Part shown: in pieces, positions 9,551 to 19,448 of the stretch
How positions within the stretch are numbered: position 1 is the stretch's first letter
Layout: every line of letters begins with the position of its first letter
Source: Chloroflexota bacterium
GTDB lineage: Bacteria > Chloroflexota > UBA11872 > UBA12225
Assembly (NCBI GenBank): GCA_014191415.1
Contig: BJHB01000003.1
Span: forward strand, 1 to 33,008
Direction of reading: 5' to 3'
Length of the DNA stretch: 33,008 nucleotides
Program-made: the position numbers and the translations under genes
Notes under the pieces: model-generated
Told to the model about the DNA's origin: nothing
Seen by the model: the letters and a program-made list of their open reading frames with translations, nothing else
Database searches by the model: none

Positions 9551-10133
9551 GACCGAACGGTTCCAATCCGCCAGCCACGCCTGATGGCACGACCGGCCCT
9601 GAAGCCGCGTCTGCCACCGCTACCCGGTTTTCCGGTACCCGACCGCCGAATCCCGACGGGTATCGGGACAACGGCGGCCATTCTCCAGGCACGCCACCAC
9701 GCATTGCCCGGAACCCGGATGACAAACCCTCACGCCGTGGCAGCGGCGCAGGAACCATCCGGGTGAAGATATTTCAATTGACCAAGAGAACAGCGCATCG
9801 GGCATGCCTGAACCGGTGCGGTGACACCCCTGCTGGGTAGTCCACCACTTGGCTCGTTCCCATGCACTGGCAGGCACATGTGACCAGAGAGGCAAAGCCA
9901 GTTTCCGATCAGAACCCGTTCACGGCCACCGCGAACCCCCATACCCCTGACACGTTCATCATCGGTTGTGTAAATGCCTTGACTTCAGGGGTGCGAGGGC
10001 GTCTCGGCCCCGTTTTTTACATGCAACGTTCCAATTTCTCTCCCTACAACGTGATGGCACCCATCGGGCCAATGACCCGCCACGGTTGACATTTCAACAA
10101 GCCAGCATCACCACCACCCGGTGACCCGAACAC

Positions 10134-12518
10134 CTACGGGCGTCTGGTCGGTGACCGCGATGGCTTGGCGGTCGGGGTGAGTGTCGCGGTGCGCGTCCCA
10201 GTCGCGGTGCGCGTCGCCGTGACCGACGGTGTACGCGTCAGCGACGGGGCAACCGTGGCGGTCCGCGTTGGTGTTGCCGTGTTGGTCCGGGTTGCCACCA
10301 GAGTGCGGGTTGCCGTGAATGTCGGACTTGACGTTGGCGTCGGTGTTGGGGTCATCGTCTTCGTCACGGTTGGTGTCGACGTCATCGTCCTGGTGGAGGT
10401 GATCGTCGCGGTGACCGTGCGCGTCGATGCCGGCGTTGCCGTCGCGTTTGCACCGACATACGACGCAAGTGATGCACGGAAGTCGACCTTGCCGTACCCC
10501 CACCGGTTGTTCCATGCCGGGAGGCCGGTGTTACCCGTCGCTCCGGCTGCATACCGCAACTCCGTCTCCGCCGGAATATCCGTCACCCCACCGGCACCAG
10601 TGATCGTGTCCGTGAAGCTGTCCTTCAGGATCTTCACAGACGTGTTCGTCCCGATCAGGAGACTTTTTACCTGCGCTGTAGTGAGTGTGGGGTTCGCCTG
10701 GAACAGGAGGGCGACAATTCCGGCAACGTGTGGTGAAGCCATGCTTGTCCCCTGAATGGTCAGGCGTCCATTCGGTTGCCCGGCTTCACCAACGGTGATG
10801 CGGATGGGATCCTCATCAAGCGCATCGCGGGAAAGCGCAGCATTGATGACTTCGCCGGGGGCCGATACCTCCGGCTTGAGGCGCCCGTCACGCGTCGGTC
10901 CAAGCGAACTGAACCGGCTGTAGGCATCCTGCAATGATCCGCCGTTGGAATACATGTAGCCCGGTTGTGACGCCGGGGTCCAGAACTTCTTCGATTGCCA
11001 CGATCCCACGGTGATCGCCCCGGATGCGACCGCCGGTTCACCGAGGGTGGAGCGATAGTCAGGTGAATCGAAGGTGGCCCCACCACCGGTCGAGACCCAG
11101 GCATCCCATTTGCCGGTACTCGACGAGGCCGCGGCCGACGTGCGTTGCAACTTGATCCCCCACCCAGTTCCGGAGATGCCCGTCAGCGAGATGTATAACT
11201 GGCACATGCCAGATGTTGTCTCGGCGGTGATGCAGTTGTAGACCGTCGCGCTCGCGCCATTGACGGTCACAGTCGCGGCGCTGGCCTTCTTCGCCACGGT
11301 GGTGGAGACCGCCGATCCGTTGGTGATGCTGGCCGTGAAGTTGTCGGTTGAGGCGTACCACACATTGATGGTCGTCCCGGATCCGGTCGCCGTGAACGGG
11401 ATTGTCTGCGTTCCGGATGACGCGACCACGCCGGAATCGTGAAGCGCGGTCTTGCCGTCGTTACCGGCCGCGACGACCAGGGCCACTCCCGGAAGCAGGG
11501 AGAAATCGTTGAGGGCCTTGTCCTCGGCCGATGCGCCATCGTGAGCGTAGTTGTGTCCACCAAAGCTGTTGTTGATGGAGACAGGCTTGCCGAGCTGGGC
11601 CGCCTTGGCGATCACCCAGGCCCATGCGTCGACCGAATCCGTACCCCTGAAGCTGTACTTGACGATGATGAGATCGGCCTTTGGTGCGGCGCCAAGATTG
11701 CCACCGGCCGTGCTTGCCACGTGGGTACCGTGACCGTTGGTGTCCGTCTGTGGGCAGGCCGACGAGTTTCCGGCAATCGCACTGTTGATCTGCGTCGCCG
11801 TGCACTCGATCCCATAGGCATACGCGCTTACCCCTCGGGTACCCGAAACCGCAGCCGTGCCTGACCCGGTTGCAGTCTGGTCCCACAGGGCGACAATGCG
11901 CGTGGTGCCATCGGAGTTCAGGAAATCTTCGTGCGTGAAGTCGATGCCGGTGTCTACCACGGCAACAATCGTGCCCCGGCCATCCGCATCGCCCCCGGAA
12001 GCCGCCGCGAGACGTGCCCCGGTGTCTGGGTCGACGATCCGGGCCGCCTTGAGGCTCTTGTCCAGAAGCGGTTCCACTGGCAGCGACGCACTGACCCGTG
12101 TGACACCTGGAATCTGGGATACCGCATCGATCGCGGTGACCGGCACCGTGGCGGTATGGATCCCGGATGCCGTCCGGGTCCGGGCGTCCGCGCCAAGCGC
12201 ACGCAGGTCGGCGCGGATGTCACGCGTAGCCTCGATGAAGACCGAAACTCCGGCGGTTGCAGTGACCGGGCCGGATCCTCGCGTGCGCACCGACATGGCC
12301 GGGCGTGGCACCGGGACAACGGTGACCCGGTTCGGGGTGCCACCTTGAAATGAACGAAGTTCTGCGTCGAGGGTGGAGGTCACCCCGGCAGATTGCGGGT
12401 TCGGCGCCGCGATGGCGACTGGGCCCGACCACCAGGATGCAATTGAGGGGGCAATCGCAAAAATAACGGCGATGAGGAAACGCGCAAGGCGGAGCGATAT
12501 ACGCGAGAGATATCTCAT
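10134..12518 (-). CDS. Secreted S8 subtilase with an inserted beta-rich domain and a Thr-rich tail
   Basis: VAVVDTGID, NGHGTHVAS, AAGND, GTSMASPHVAG. Signal-like N terminus from ATG 12518. Confidence 0.92.
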   Translation of the reverse strand: MRYLSRISLRLARFLIAVIFAIAPSIASWWSGPVAIAAPNPQSAGVTSTLDAELRSFQGGTPNRVTVVPVPRPAMSVRTRGSGPVTATAGVSVFIEATRDIRADLRALGADARTRTASGIHTATVPVTAIDAVSQIPGVTRVSASLPVEPLLDKSLKAARIVDPDTGARLAAASGGDADGRGTIVAVVDTGIDFTHEDFLNSDGTTRIVALWDQTATGSGTAAVSGTRGVSAYAYGIECTATQINSAIAGNSSACPQTDTNGHGTHVASTAGGNLGAAPKADLIIVKYSFRGTDSVDAWAWVIAKAAQLGKPVSINNSFGGHNYAHDGASAEDKALNDFSLLPGVALVVAAGNDGKTALHDSGVVASSGTQTIPFTATGSGTTINVWYASTDNFTASITNGSAVSTTVAKKASAATVTVNGASATVYNCITAETTSGMCQLYISLTGISGTGWGIKLQRTSAAASSSTGKWDAWVSTGGGATFDSPDYRSTLGEPAVASGAITVGSWQSKKFWTPASQPGYMYSNGGSLQDAYSRFSSLGPTRDGRLKPEVSAPGEVINAALSRDALDEDPIRITVGEAGQPNGRLTIQGTSMASPHVAGIVALLFQANPTLTTAQVKSLLIGTNTSVKILKDSFTDTITGAGGVTDIPAETELRYAAGATGNTGLPAWNNRWGYGKVDFRASLASYVGANATATPASTRTVTATITSTRTMTSTPTVTKTMTPTPTPTSSPTFTATRTLVATRTNTATPTRTATVAPSLTRTPSVTATRTATGTRTATLTPTAKPSRSPTRRP

Positions 12519-12868
12519 GAACTGGTGAACCGTCCTGCACGAGAACCCGTTCCCTGCAATCCTGACAAAGGGACACGGTCGGCGCCACGACCCGGCGTAT
12601 GTCGTGCCTCGGTACAACTCGGCAAGACCACAAGCGCCCGGTAGTTGGCAGACAGAGCGAAATCATCGGAATCATACCAAAAGCAACGGAACTTGCAAGT
12701 ACTTCACGCTGATGTGTGAAACCGTATGATCGGCACCGCTTCATCGAACGGTACTCGGTAGACTGGCGGGCGATAGCCGAACACCCAAGCATCCTCGTAC
12801 CCATCGCCCATGATTCAGGGACGCTTCGCTTGGGACCGTGCTCTACCACCTCCCCCGGAAGGACTGCC

Positions 12869-14212
12869 ATGCCACGGATCGTGATGATCGGCGCGGGAAG
12901 CGTCGTCTTTGCCAAACGCCTGCTTACCGACCTTCTTTCCTGGCCGGCCTTGCAGGCTAGCGAGATTGTCCTGATGGATATTGACGCCGGACGGTTGGAA
13001 CTGATCGGCGCCCTTGCCGAACGGCTGGTCGTGCAGGAACACCTGCCCGCCCGGATCATCACCACGACTGACCGTCGCGCTGCCCTCGATGGTGCCGACT
13101 ACGTCATCTGTTCGATCCAGGTCGGCGGTCTCGACATGTACGCGCACGATGTGGAGATCCCACGGCGCTATGGCATCGACCAGACCGTCGGAGACACCCT
13201 TGGACCGGGAGGTGTCTTCCGGGGCTTGCGCACGGTCCCGGTCTTCCAGGGCATCGCGCGCGACATGGAGGAGCTCTGCCCACACGCTCTGTTCATCAAT
13301 TACTCCAACCCCATGAACCTCAACATGTGGGCGTGGTCGCAGTCCACCAAGGTGCGGTCCATTGGCCTCTGCCATAGCGTGCAGGGCACTGCCGAACGCC
13401 TCGCCCGCTTCATGGGTGTGCCGTTTGCGGAGATGAGTTTCTGGTGCGCCGGCATCAACCATCAGGCGTGGTACCTCGACCTGCGTCGAGGTCACGGTGG
13501 CGGACGGGGCGAGGACCTCTACCCACTCCTGCGCGAGAAGATGGACGATGCGGCGATCTTCGATGAGGATCGCGTGCGCTTCGAGGTGATGCGCCATTTC
13601 GGTTACTTCGTTACCGAATCCACCCATCACATGTCGGAGTACGTGCCGTGGTTCCGCACCACGCCGGATCTCATCCAGGCCTTCACGACCCCCCGTTGGG
13701 ACTATTACGACATCTGCGTGAACCGTCGCGACCCGCATGAGGAACGGATGGCCCGTCAGGCTTCCGGACAGGAACCGGTAGAGACCGCCCGTACCAATGA
13801 GTACTGTTCGTTCATTGTGAACGCGATGGAGACCAATGTCCCGTACGTGATGAACGCCAACGTGCCGAACACGTGGGGGCGCAGCGCGTTCCGGGGCGGT
13901 GGTGCCGGGTCGGTACTCATCTCCAACCTGCCACCGGCGTGCAACGTGGAGGTTCCCTGCTTGGTGGATGGCGCGGGCGTGCATCCCTGTGCCATCGGCG
14001 ACCTGCCCGAACAACTGGCGGCGATCAATCGCACGAATGTGAACGTGCAGGCACTCGCTGTCGAAGGTGCCCTGACCGGTGACCGTGACATGATCGTGCG
14101 GGCGGTGCAGATGGATCCCCTGACCGGTGCCCTGCTTCCCTTGTCACGCATCCGCGAAATGGTTGGCGAACTCTTCACCGCCGAGGCACGTTTCCTGCCC
14201 CAGTTTTCATGA
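12869..14212 (+). CDS. melA: Family 4 glycoside hydrolase, alpha-galactosidase type
   Basis: IVMIGAGSVVF, GDTLGPGG, NYSNPM, GLCHS, GINH, FVTESTHHMSEY. AAGGA RBS. Confidence 0.9.
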   Translation: MPRIVMIGAGSVVFAKRLLTDLLSWPALQASEIVLMDIDAGRLELIGALAERLVVQEHLPARIITTTDRRAALDGADYVICSIQVGGLDMYAHDVEIPRRYGIDQTVGDTLGPGGVFRGLRTVPVFQGIARDMEELCPHALFINYSNPMNLNMWAWSQSTKVRSIGLCHSVQGTAERLARFMGVPFAEMSFWCAGINHQAWYLDLRRGHGGGRGEDLYPLLREKMDDAAIFDEDRVRFEVMRHFGYFVTESTHHMSEYVPWFRTTPDLIQAFTTPRWDYYDICVNRRDPHEERMARQASGQEPVETARTNEYCSFIVNAMETNVPYVMNANVPNTWGRSAFRGGGAGSVLISNLPPACNVEVPCLVDGAGVHPCAIGDLPEQLAAINRTNVNVQALAVEGALTGDRDMIVRAVQMDPLTGALLPLSRIREMVGELFTAEARFLPQFS

Positions 14213-14219
14213 TCCATCT

Positions 14220-14249
14220 CCCCTCTCCCTCTGGGGGAGGGGTTGGGGG
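14220..14249. repeat. Purine/pyrimidine hairpin just after melA (terminator or dispersed palindromic repeat)
   Basis: cccctctccc-tct-gggggagggg stem followed by ttggggg. No U-tract. Confidence 0.5.
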
Positions 14250-14429
14250 CCATCTCGCGCAAGTGTTCGGCAGTGAAGTGATCGGGCCGATGGGATGGGT
14301 CATGCCCCGGGCGAGACCGTTGTCAAGATCATGTGCATCTGGGTGACCGGCGTCACAGAAGGTTCGGGGACTTGGCGCGTAGACTCTTCGGTGCGGACAC
14401 ATCCGCTGACGAACGGAACCTGACAACCG

Positions 14430-17400
14430 ATGGCGCGCCTGCCTCATGCGAACCGGACGGAAGCTGGTTCCATTATATGGGTGTTCCTTCTGGGATTTGC
14501 CTCGACCCTCGTGTCGATGGCGATGATCGGTTCACGTTGGCGTCGCCTATTCACAACCCGGTCCGTACACCACACACCATCCAACCTGGACACCGTGACT
14601 GTCGATCGTGGGTTGGTACCGGTACCCGATTCCGCGAGTGCGACGGCAAACCGACCGGCACCCGTTGACAACGATCACGGTGCGGCTCACCTCGATCAGG
14701 CGGGGTCTGGCCCAATCATTCGCCTGACGATTCCATCCTTGCCGTCCATCGGGGAGGTGTTGCGCCGAGCGCGAGATTTCCCCATACCGGTACACGCAAG
14801 CATCGGTCAGCGACGCCTCGCCATCGCCGGTTTTGCCGCGGTGGTGCTTGCCATCGGCCTCTCACCTGTGGGGGGAACCATCGCCACCTTCGTGGCCAGC
14901 CTCATCAATCCGGAATCCACGTTCCAGTCAGGCACCGTTCGCCTGGCATCCGATGGTGCCGGATCGTCCGCCTTCTCCCTGCCCGCCCTGCTTCCTGGGG
15001 AATCGGTGGAACGGGTCATTACGGTCTCCCAATCCGGATCCCTTGACTCGCGTCTCGACCTTGCCATCCTTCCGGACGCCGCCTCATCGAACTCCCCATT
15101 GGTGACTGACCCCACGTCCGGGATCCAGATCATCATCGACCGGTGCGTTGCCGGCGCCTGGGCCACCACTACTCCGGTAGCGGCGATGCCGACCCCGCCA
15201 CCGGCCGGGGCGCGCTTTGCCTGCGTTCCTGCCACCCCGAGTGCCGTTCCCAGTACCCAACCGGTCTATCGGGGGCCCCTCGTTCCCCGGGGAATCACCA
15301 GACCTGGCACACCCACCACGACCCCGGTGCCAATCCCGGTCGCCGACCGGCTGCGGCCCGGCGATGAGGCGTCACTCCGCATCCGTGCGTCACTTCCCGA
15401 ACAGCCTTGGTCGGGCGATCGTACTGACGACACGGCCACGGCACCGGGTGGAAACGGTTCGGTCGCGTTCGAATGGCGTGCCACCGGCATGAATGCCAAT
15501 CTTTCCGGTACCCCGCTTGCGACGGCGCCGACTTCCCCGGTCACCCGCACCCCCGTGCCTGCAACACCCGCCGGGCCCGCGCCAACGGCCACCTCCACGG
15601 CGTCGCCTACCGCCATCGCAACTGCCACGGGTGTCCCATCGGCGACGATGACCGCCTCACCCACGGCGACGCAACCTGCCTACGCCGGATATGCCGCGGC
15701 GTTCGACGGATACGGCGATGATGTCCTCATCGGTTGGGCGCAGCCGATCGGACCACTGTCCGGCCGTCCCGCATGGACCTTTGAGGCGTGGGTCAATCCG
15801 TCCGATCTCACCGGCCCGAGAACGATCTATAGCGAACAGGACGCTTCCGGGGCCGACACCCTCGTCATCCGCCTGCGCCGCGATACCCAACCACAAGTTC
15901 TCGAAGCCGGCCTGCGCCGTAACGGCACCTTGACGTGGTTTGGTGTCGAAGCGCCCGTCGACATCGTGACCGGGACGTGGACCCATGTTGCGGTCACGTT
16001 CGAGGTCGGTTCCCGGTTGCAACTGGCCATCAATGGCATGGTCCGCCTGGCCGACACCAACAGCACGGACGGACGCCTTGCCTCCCCGGACAGTGCGACA
16101 GTCTCAATCCTCGCCCGCGCCGGTGACGGATCGCCGGGGTATGCCGGCGCAATTGACGAAGTGCGCCTGTGGTCAGTTGCCCGTGCGTATGACGCATCGA
16201 ATGCCACCTATCTCCAGAAACTGGCGGGTGGCGAACCAGGGCTTCTGGTCCATTACCCAATCTCCGCCTACGCCTCCACCGATGCGCGTGGGGCCACTCT
16301 CGCCGACCAGTCTGGCAATGGCATCAGCGGCACCTTGCGTGGTGGCGTGCGGTGGATCCCGTCACGGGCACCGGTCGACCGCCCTGCCACGCCGCACTCG
16401 ATCGGTCTCTCCGCTGCCACCGACACCGGGGCATCAACGTCCGATGGCATCACCAAACTGAATGCGGTCACGGTGACCGGACGTGCGTCGGCCGGGTCGA
16501 CGGTCGCCCTCTTCGATGGATCTGGAACAACCGCCATCGCGACGGGAACGGCCGCGTCCGACAATACCTTTGCCATTCCGGTCACGCTTGCCGCTGGTGA
16601 CCACTCGATTACCGGACGTGCGACCGACTCTCAATCGAAGTCCAGTGGTACGTCAGTCGCGCGGGTGATCACGGTGGACCAGACGGCACCCACAACCGGA
16701 GAAGTCCAGCGTCAACTCGTCGCTGAGACGTCGTCGACATGGAATGCGCCGCGCTACACCGTCACGGCGACTGATTCGGTCGGGATCGCAACCGTCATGC
16801 TCCAGACCGCGACTTCATCGAATGGCCCGTGGACGGATAGCGGGACGGCGGTCACGCAACCGTTTTCGGGCAGCATCTACGTCGTGCCTGGCCCAACCAT
16901 CAGCGGGACCAAGTGGGTACGCATGAGCGTCAAGGACGCGGCGGGAAATGAATCGATCACTGGTTCCGTGTTGGTTACGGTATGGAATGCGTCGTCGGGC
17001 AATGCAGAATGGACAACCGGGGGCAGCGCCTACTTCAGTGGCGGGTGGCTTGTCCTGACCCCAAGCTCGAACGGCCAGAAGGGAGGCGGGTACTTCGAAC
17101 CCCTTGTCCCCACGGGAGGCCAAGTCAGTGTGAGTTTTGACCTCGAGGTGAATGGCAGCGCCGACGGCATTTGCGTCCCGTTCTTCTCATCCGCCTCGGC
17201 ATTTCTCACTGGCGATGCGGGCGGGTCGCTGGGGTGCCAAGGCATGGCGGGTACGTTCTTCGTCGGTATCGAGGAGTACGGCACAGATACCGTCCGCATC
17301 GGGACGCCCTCCAACGGGCTTTACTCCGAGACTACAGTTTACGGACTTGCGAATACGTCGAATGACATCAGGATCACCATCATCCTGACACCTTCTGGTG

Positions 17401-17579
17401 GTTCGACACTCATCGACGTGCGGGCGCAAGTTGGCAGTGCAAACCCCGTCCAGATGGCGTCCCGAACCATGTCGGGCACCTTGCCATCGGCCGGGACCCT
17501 GGTCGGTTTCACCGCAGGAACCGGCGGAGAAACTGCAGAGCACAAGATCCGCAACATCGTGATTTCGGGGTCGAACTAG
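14430..17579 (+). CDS. Large surface protein: TasA/camelysin-like domain, P/T linker, LamG, Ig-like domains, L-type lectin-like domain
   Basis: GGTIATF..STFQSGTVRL..LLPGESVERVITV (TasA-like). WTFEAWV..WTHVAVT..GAIDEVRLWS (LamG). DTGASTSDGIT..GSTVALFD (bacterial Ig). LVLTP..ADG..VGFTAGTGG (lectin). Start uncertain. Confidence 0.85.
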   Translation: MARLPHANRTEAGSIIWVFLLGFASTLVSMAMIGSRWRRLFTTRSVHHTPSNLDTVTVDRGLVPVPDSASATANRPAPVDNDHGAAHLDQAGSGPIIRLTIPSLPSIGEVLRRARDFPIPVHASIGQRRLAIAGFAAVVLAIGLSPVGGTIATFVASLINPESTFQSGTVRLASDGAGSSAFSLPALLPGESVERVITVSQSGSLDSRLDLAILPDAASSNSPLVTDPTSGIQIIIDRCVAGAWATTTPVAAMPTPPPAGARFACVPATPSAVPSTQPVYRGPLVPRGITRPGTPTTTPVPIPVADRLRPGDEASLRIRASLPEQPWSGDRTDDTATAPGGNGSVAFEWRATGMNANLSGTPLATAPTSPVTRTPVPATPAGPAPTATSTASPTAIATATGVPSATMTASPTATQPAYAGYAAAFDGYGDDVLIGWAQPIGPLSGRPAWTFEAWVNPSDLTGPRTIYSEQDASGADTLVIRLRRDTQPQVLEAGLRRNGTLTWFGVEAPVDIVTGTWTHVAVTFEVGSRLQLAINGMVRLADTNSTDGRLASPDSATVSILARAGDGSPGYAGAIDEVRLWSVARAYDASNATYLQKLAGGEPGLLVHYPISAYASTDARGATLADQSGNGISGTLRGGVRWIPSRAPVDRPATPHSIGLSAATDTGASTSDGITKLNAVTVTGRASAGSTVALFDGSGTTAIATGTAASDNTFAIPVTLAAGDHSITGRATDSQSKSSGTSVARVITVDQTAPTTGEVQRQLVAETSSTWNAPRYTVTATDSVGIATVMLQTATSSNGPWTDSGTAVTQPFSGSIYVVPGPTISGTKWVRMSVKDAAGNESITGSVLVTVWNASSGNAEWTTGGSAYFSGGWLVLTPSSNGQKGGGYFEPLVPTGGQVSVSFDLEVNGSADGICVPFFSSASAFLTGDAGGSLGCQGMAGTFFVGIEEYGTDTVRIGTPSNGLYSETTVYGLANTSNDIRITIILTPSGGSTLIDVRAQVGSANPVQMASRTMSGTLPSAGTLVGFTAGTGGETAEHKIRNIVISGSN

Positions 17580-17695
17580 GCCTGCTTTGGCAAGCCCTTG
17601 CGATCTCCCCCGGCCGACCCTTGATCGCGTGAGCTGCCGAACTTATGGGGCGTGGTCGATCTCGTGGGTTTGGCCCCCCCGGGATCACGCCTCCC

Positions 17696-18835
17696 CTACC
17701 GCGTCACCTCGTGTGCTGCGATGTAGTCCCAGTCGATGTCCTGGCCGAGGCCCGGGCGTGACGACACGTGCACGTATCCCTCGTCGTCCATCGGGTCATC
17801 GATCGTGCGTAACCACTGGGGTGGGCGTTCGTAGTCGATGAACGGGTGCAGCAACCCACGTTCGTAGTACTTGCCGGGCCACGCCATCGCGCACAACGAG
17901 TGCAGGTTCCCGGCGCCAGGGCTATGGATCTCCACCTGCACCCGGAACGACTCGCACAGGTGCGCAATCTTCATCACCGGCGTGATGCCACCGTTGTCGA
18001 ATACCCCCGCGCGGGAGATGTCGGACGCCCGGTGCATGATCCATTCGGCCCGCGTGTACATCTTGCCTTCGGCCGTCTCCGGGCCGACGATCGGGATGTC
18101 CAGTTGGTCGGTAAGCCAGATGTACGACGACATCGAATGTTCGGGCATTGGCTCCTCGAACCACTCGTAGTCGAGCTTCTCAAGGGCGCGCCCGATCCGC
18201 AGGGCATCCTCACGCGTGTAGTAATGGAAGCTGTCGAGCATCAGTGCCATGTCGGGGCCGACTGCCTCGCGCACCGCGGTGCAGATGGCGATGTCCTCGC
18301 GCGGATTGGGCGTGCCAGCGATCGGGGGCATGCGCGTGTGGATCTTGAACGCCTGGTAGCCACGCGCCTTGCAGGCCAGCGCGTAGGCGGCGTAGGCCTC
18401 CGGCGAATCAAGCCCACCGGGTAACTCATCGCCACACATCGTCGAGGCGTAGGCCAGGACCTTGTCGCGCGCCGCCCCAAGCAGTTTGTACACCGGTTGT
18501 CCGAATGCGCGTCCGGCGAGGTCCCACAGGGCCAGATCAACCGTGGCTAGGACGCGGTCGGAGAGGCCCCGGTTTCCGCGTTGCATCTCCACCAGGTGAT
18601 GCCAGATCTTCTCGCGGTCAAAGGGATCGCGCCCCACAACCAGTGGCTTCACCACCTGCGCGATGACGTCGGGTGACGCCCCGAAGCAGTAGCCGGAGAC
18701 ACCCTCGTCGGTGACGATTTCCAGGACCGACTGCGTGGCGTCGTGGGGCGGGCCCGGATGGGTATGCCCCTCGCTGTCACGAACCGTGTGGTTGGTGTAC
18801 CTGAATGTTCGGGTGACGAGGTCGAGGATCTTCAC
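17696..18835 (-). CDS. Mandelate racemase/muconate lactonizing enzyme family (enolase superfamily)
   Basis: DLALWDLAG, AYAS, FKIH, metal ligands in LMLD, WFEEP and GPE. GTG start. Confidence 0.92.
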   Translation of the reverse strand: MKILDLVTRTFRYTNHTVRDSEGHTHPGPPHDATQSVLEIVTDEGVSGYCFGASPDVIAQVVKPLVVGRDPFDREKIWHHLVEMQRGNRGLSDRVLATVDLALWDLAGRAFGQPVYKLLGAARDKVLAYASTMCGDELPGGLDSPEAYAAYALACKARGYQAFKIHTRMPPIAGTPNPREDIAICTAVREAVGPDMALMLDSFHYYTREDALRIGRALEKLDYEWFEEPMPEHSMSSYIWLTDQLDIPIVGPETAEGKMYTRAEWIMHRASDISRAGVFDNGGITPVMKIAHLCESFRVQVEIHSPGAGNLHSLCAMAWPGKYYERGLLHPFIDYERPPQWLRTIDDPMDDEGYVHVSSRPGLGQDIDWDYIAAHEVTR

Positions 18836-18953
18836 GGTGCCGTTCCCTGCCTTTCTTTCGCACAGGCGCGATCAAGTGCCAACTATAGGCGTCGCCTTGC
18901 CGACCACGTCGCCCCCGATTGGAAGACGCAACGCTTGGCAGATGGAGGACTTC

Positions 18954-19418
18954 ATGATGGCGAATGATCCTTTCGACCTCAACCGGTTCGTGGTGGCGCA
19001 GGATGCCCCATGGGCTGGGAGTTCCGGCAAGACTGTCTACGACACCGCCCACGCCGAACTGCACGCCGGGGACAAGCAAGAGCACTGGATGTGGTTCGTG
19101 CTACCCCAGTTGCGTTCGCTCGGTAAGAGTCCAACTGCCAAGAAGTACGGCATTGCCGGAATGGATGAGGCGCGGGCGTACTGGGATCACCCTATCCTCG
19201 GACTCCGCCTGCGCGAATGTGTCGAGGCAACGATGACGTCAGGCAAGACTGACCCGGTGCTTATCCTCGGTGACATTGATGCCAAGAAATACCGGTCGTG
19301 CCTGACCCTCTTCCTTCAGGTGGCCCCGGGCGATCCCGCGCTGACCCGGGCCCTCGCTTGGTTCTACCGGGGCAAGCCCTGTCCCGAGACCCTCGCCCAC
19401 ATCGGTTCACCAGAGTAA
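18954..19418 (+). CDS. DUF1810 family protein
   Basis: DLNRFVVAQ, HWMWFVLPQ, YGI..EARAY..HPILG.RL, K.RSCLTLF. GGAGG RBS at 18944. Confidence 0.9.
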   Translation: MMANDPFDLNRFVVAQDAPWAGSSGKTVYDTAHAELHAGDKQEHWMWFVLPQLRSLGKSPTAKKYGIAGMDEARAYWDHPILGLRLRECVEATMTSGKTDPVLILGDIDAKKYRSCLTLFLQVAPGDPALTRALAWFYRGKPCPETLAHIGSPE

Positions 19419-19448
19419 TAGGGCGGGTCGCACCGGGCGGGGAAGCGG

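Noticed and set aside
9880-9930. GGCAAAGCC motif reminiscent of a c-di-GMP-I riboswitch
   Set aside because: It is on the strand opposite flagellin, and the GAAA-tetraloop stem and flanking consensus are missing.
9911-12552. Shared 11-mer agaacccgttc at 9911 and 12542, and gaaccccgttc at 138, as LexA boxes
   Set aside because: The spacing is N2 or N3 rather than N4, and an 11-mer match is expected by chance in 33 kb.
12815-14014. Long antisense ORFs (also 4768-5847, 24098-25099, 2037-2831)
   Set aside because: These are typical high-GC shadow ORFs opposite well-supported genes.
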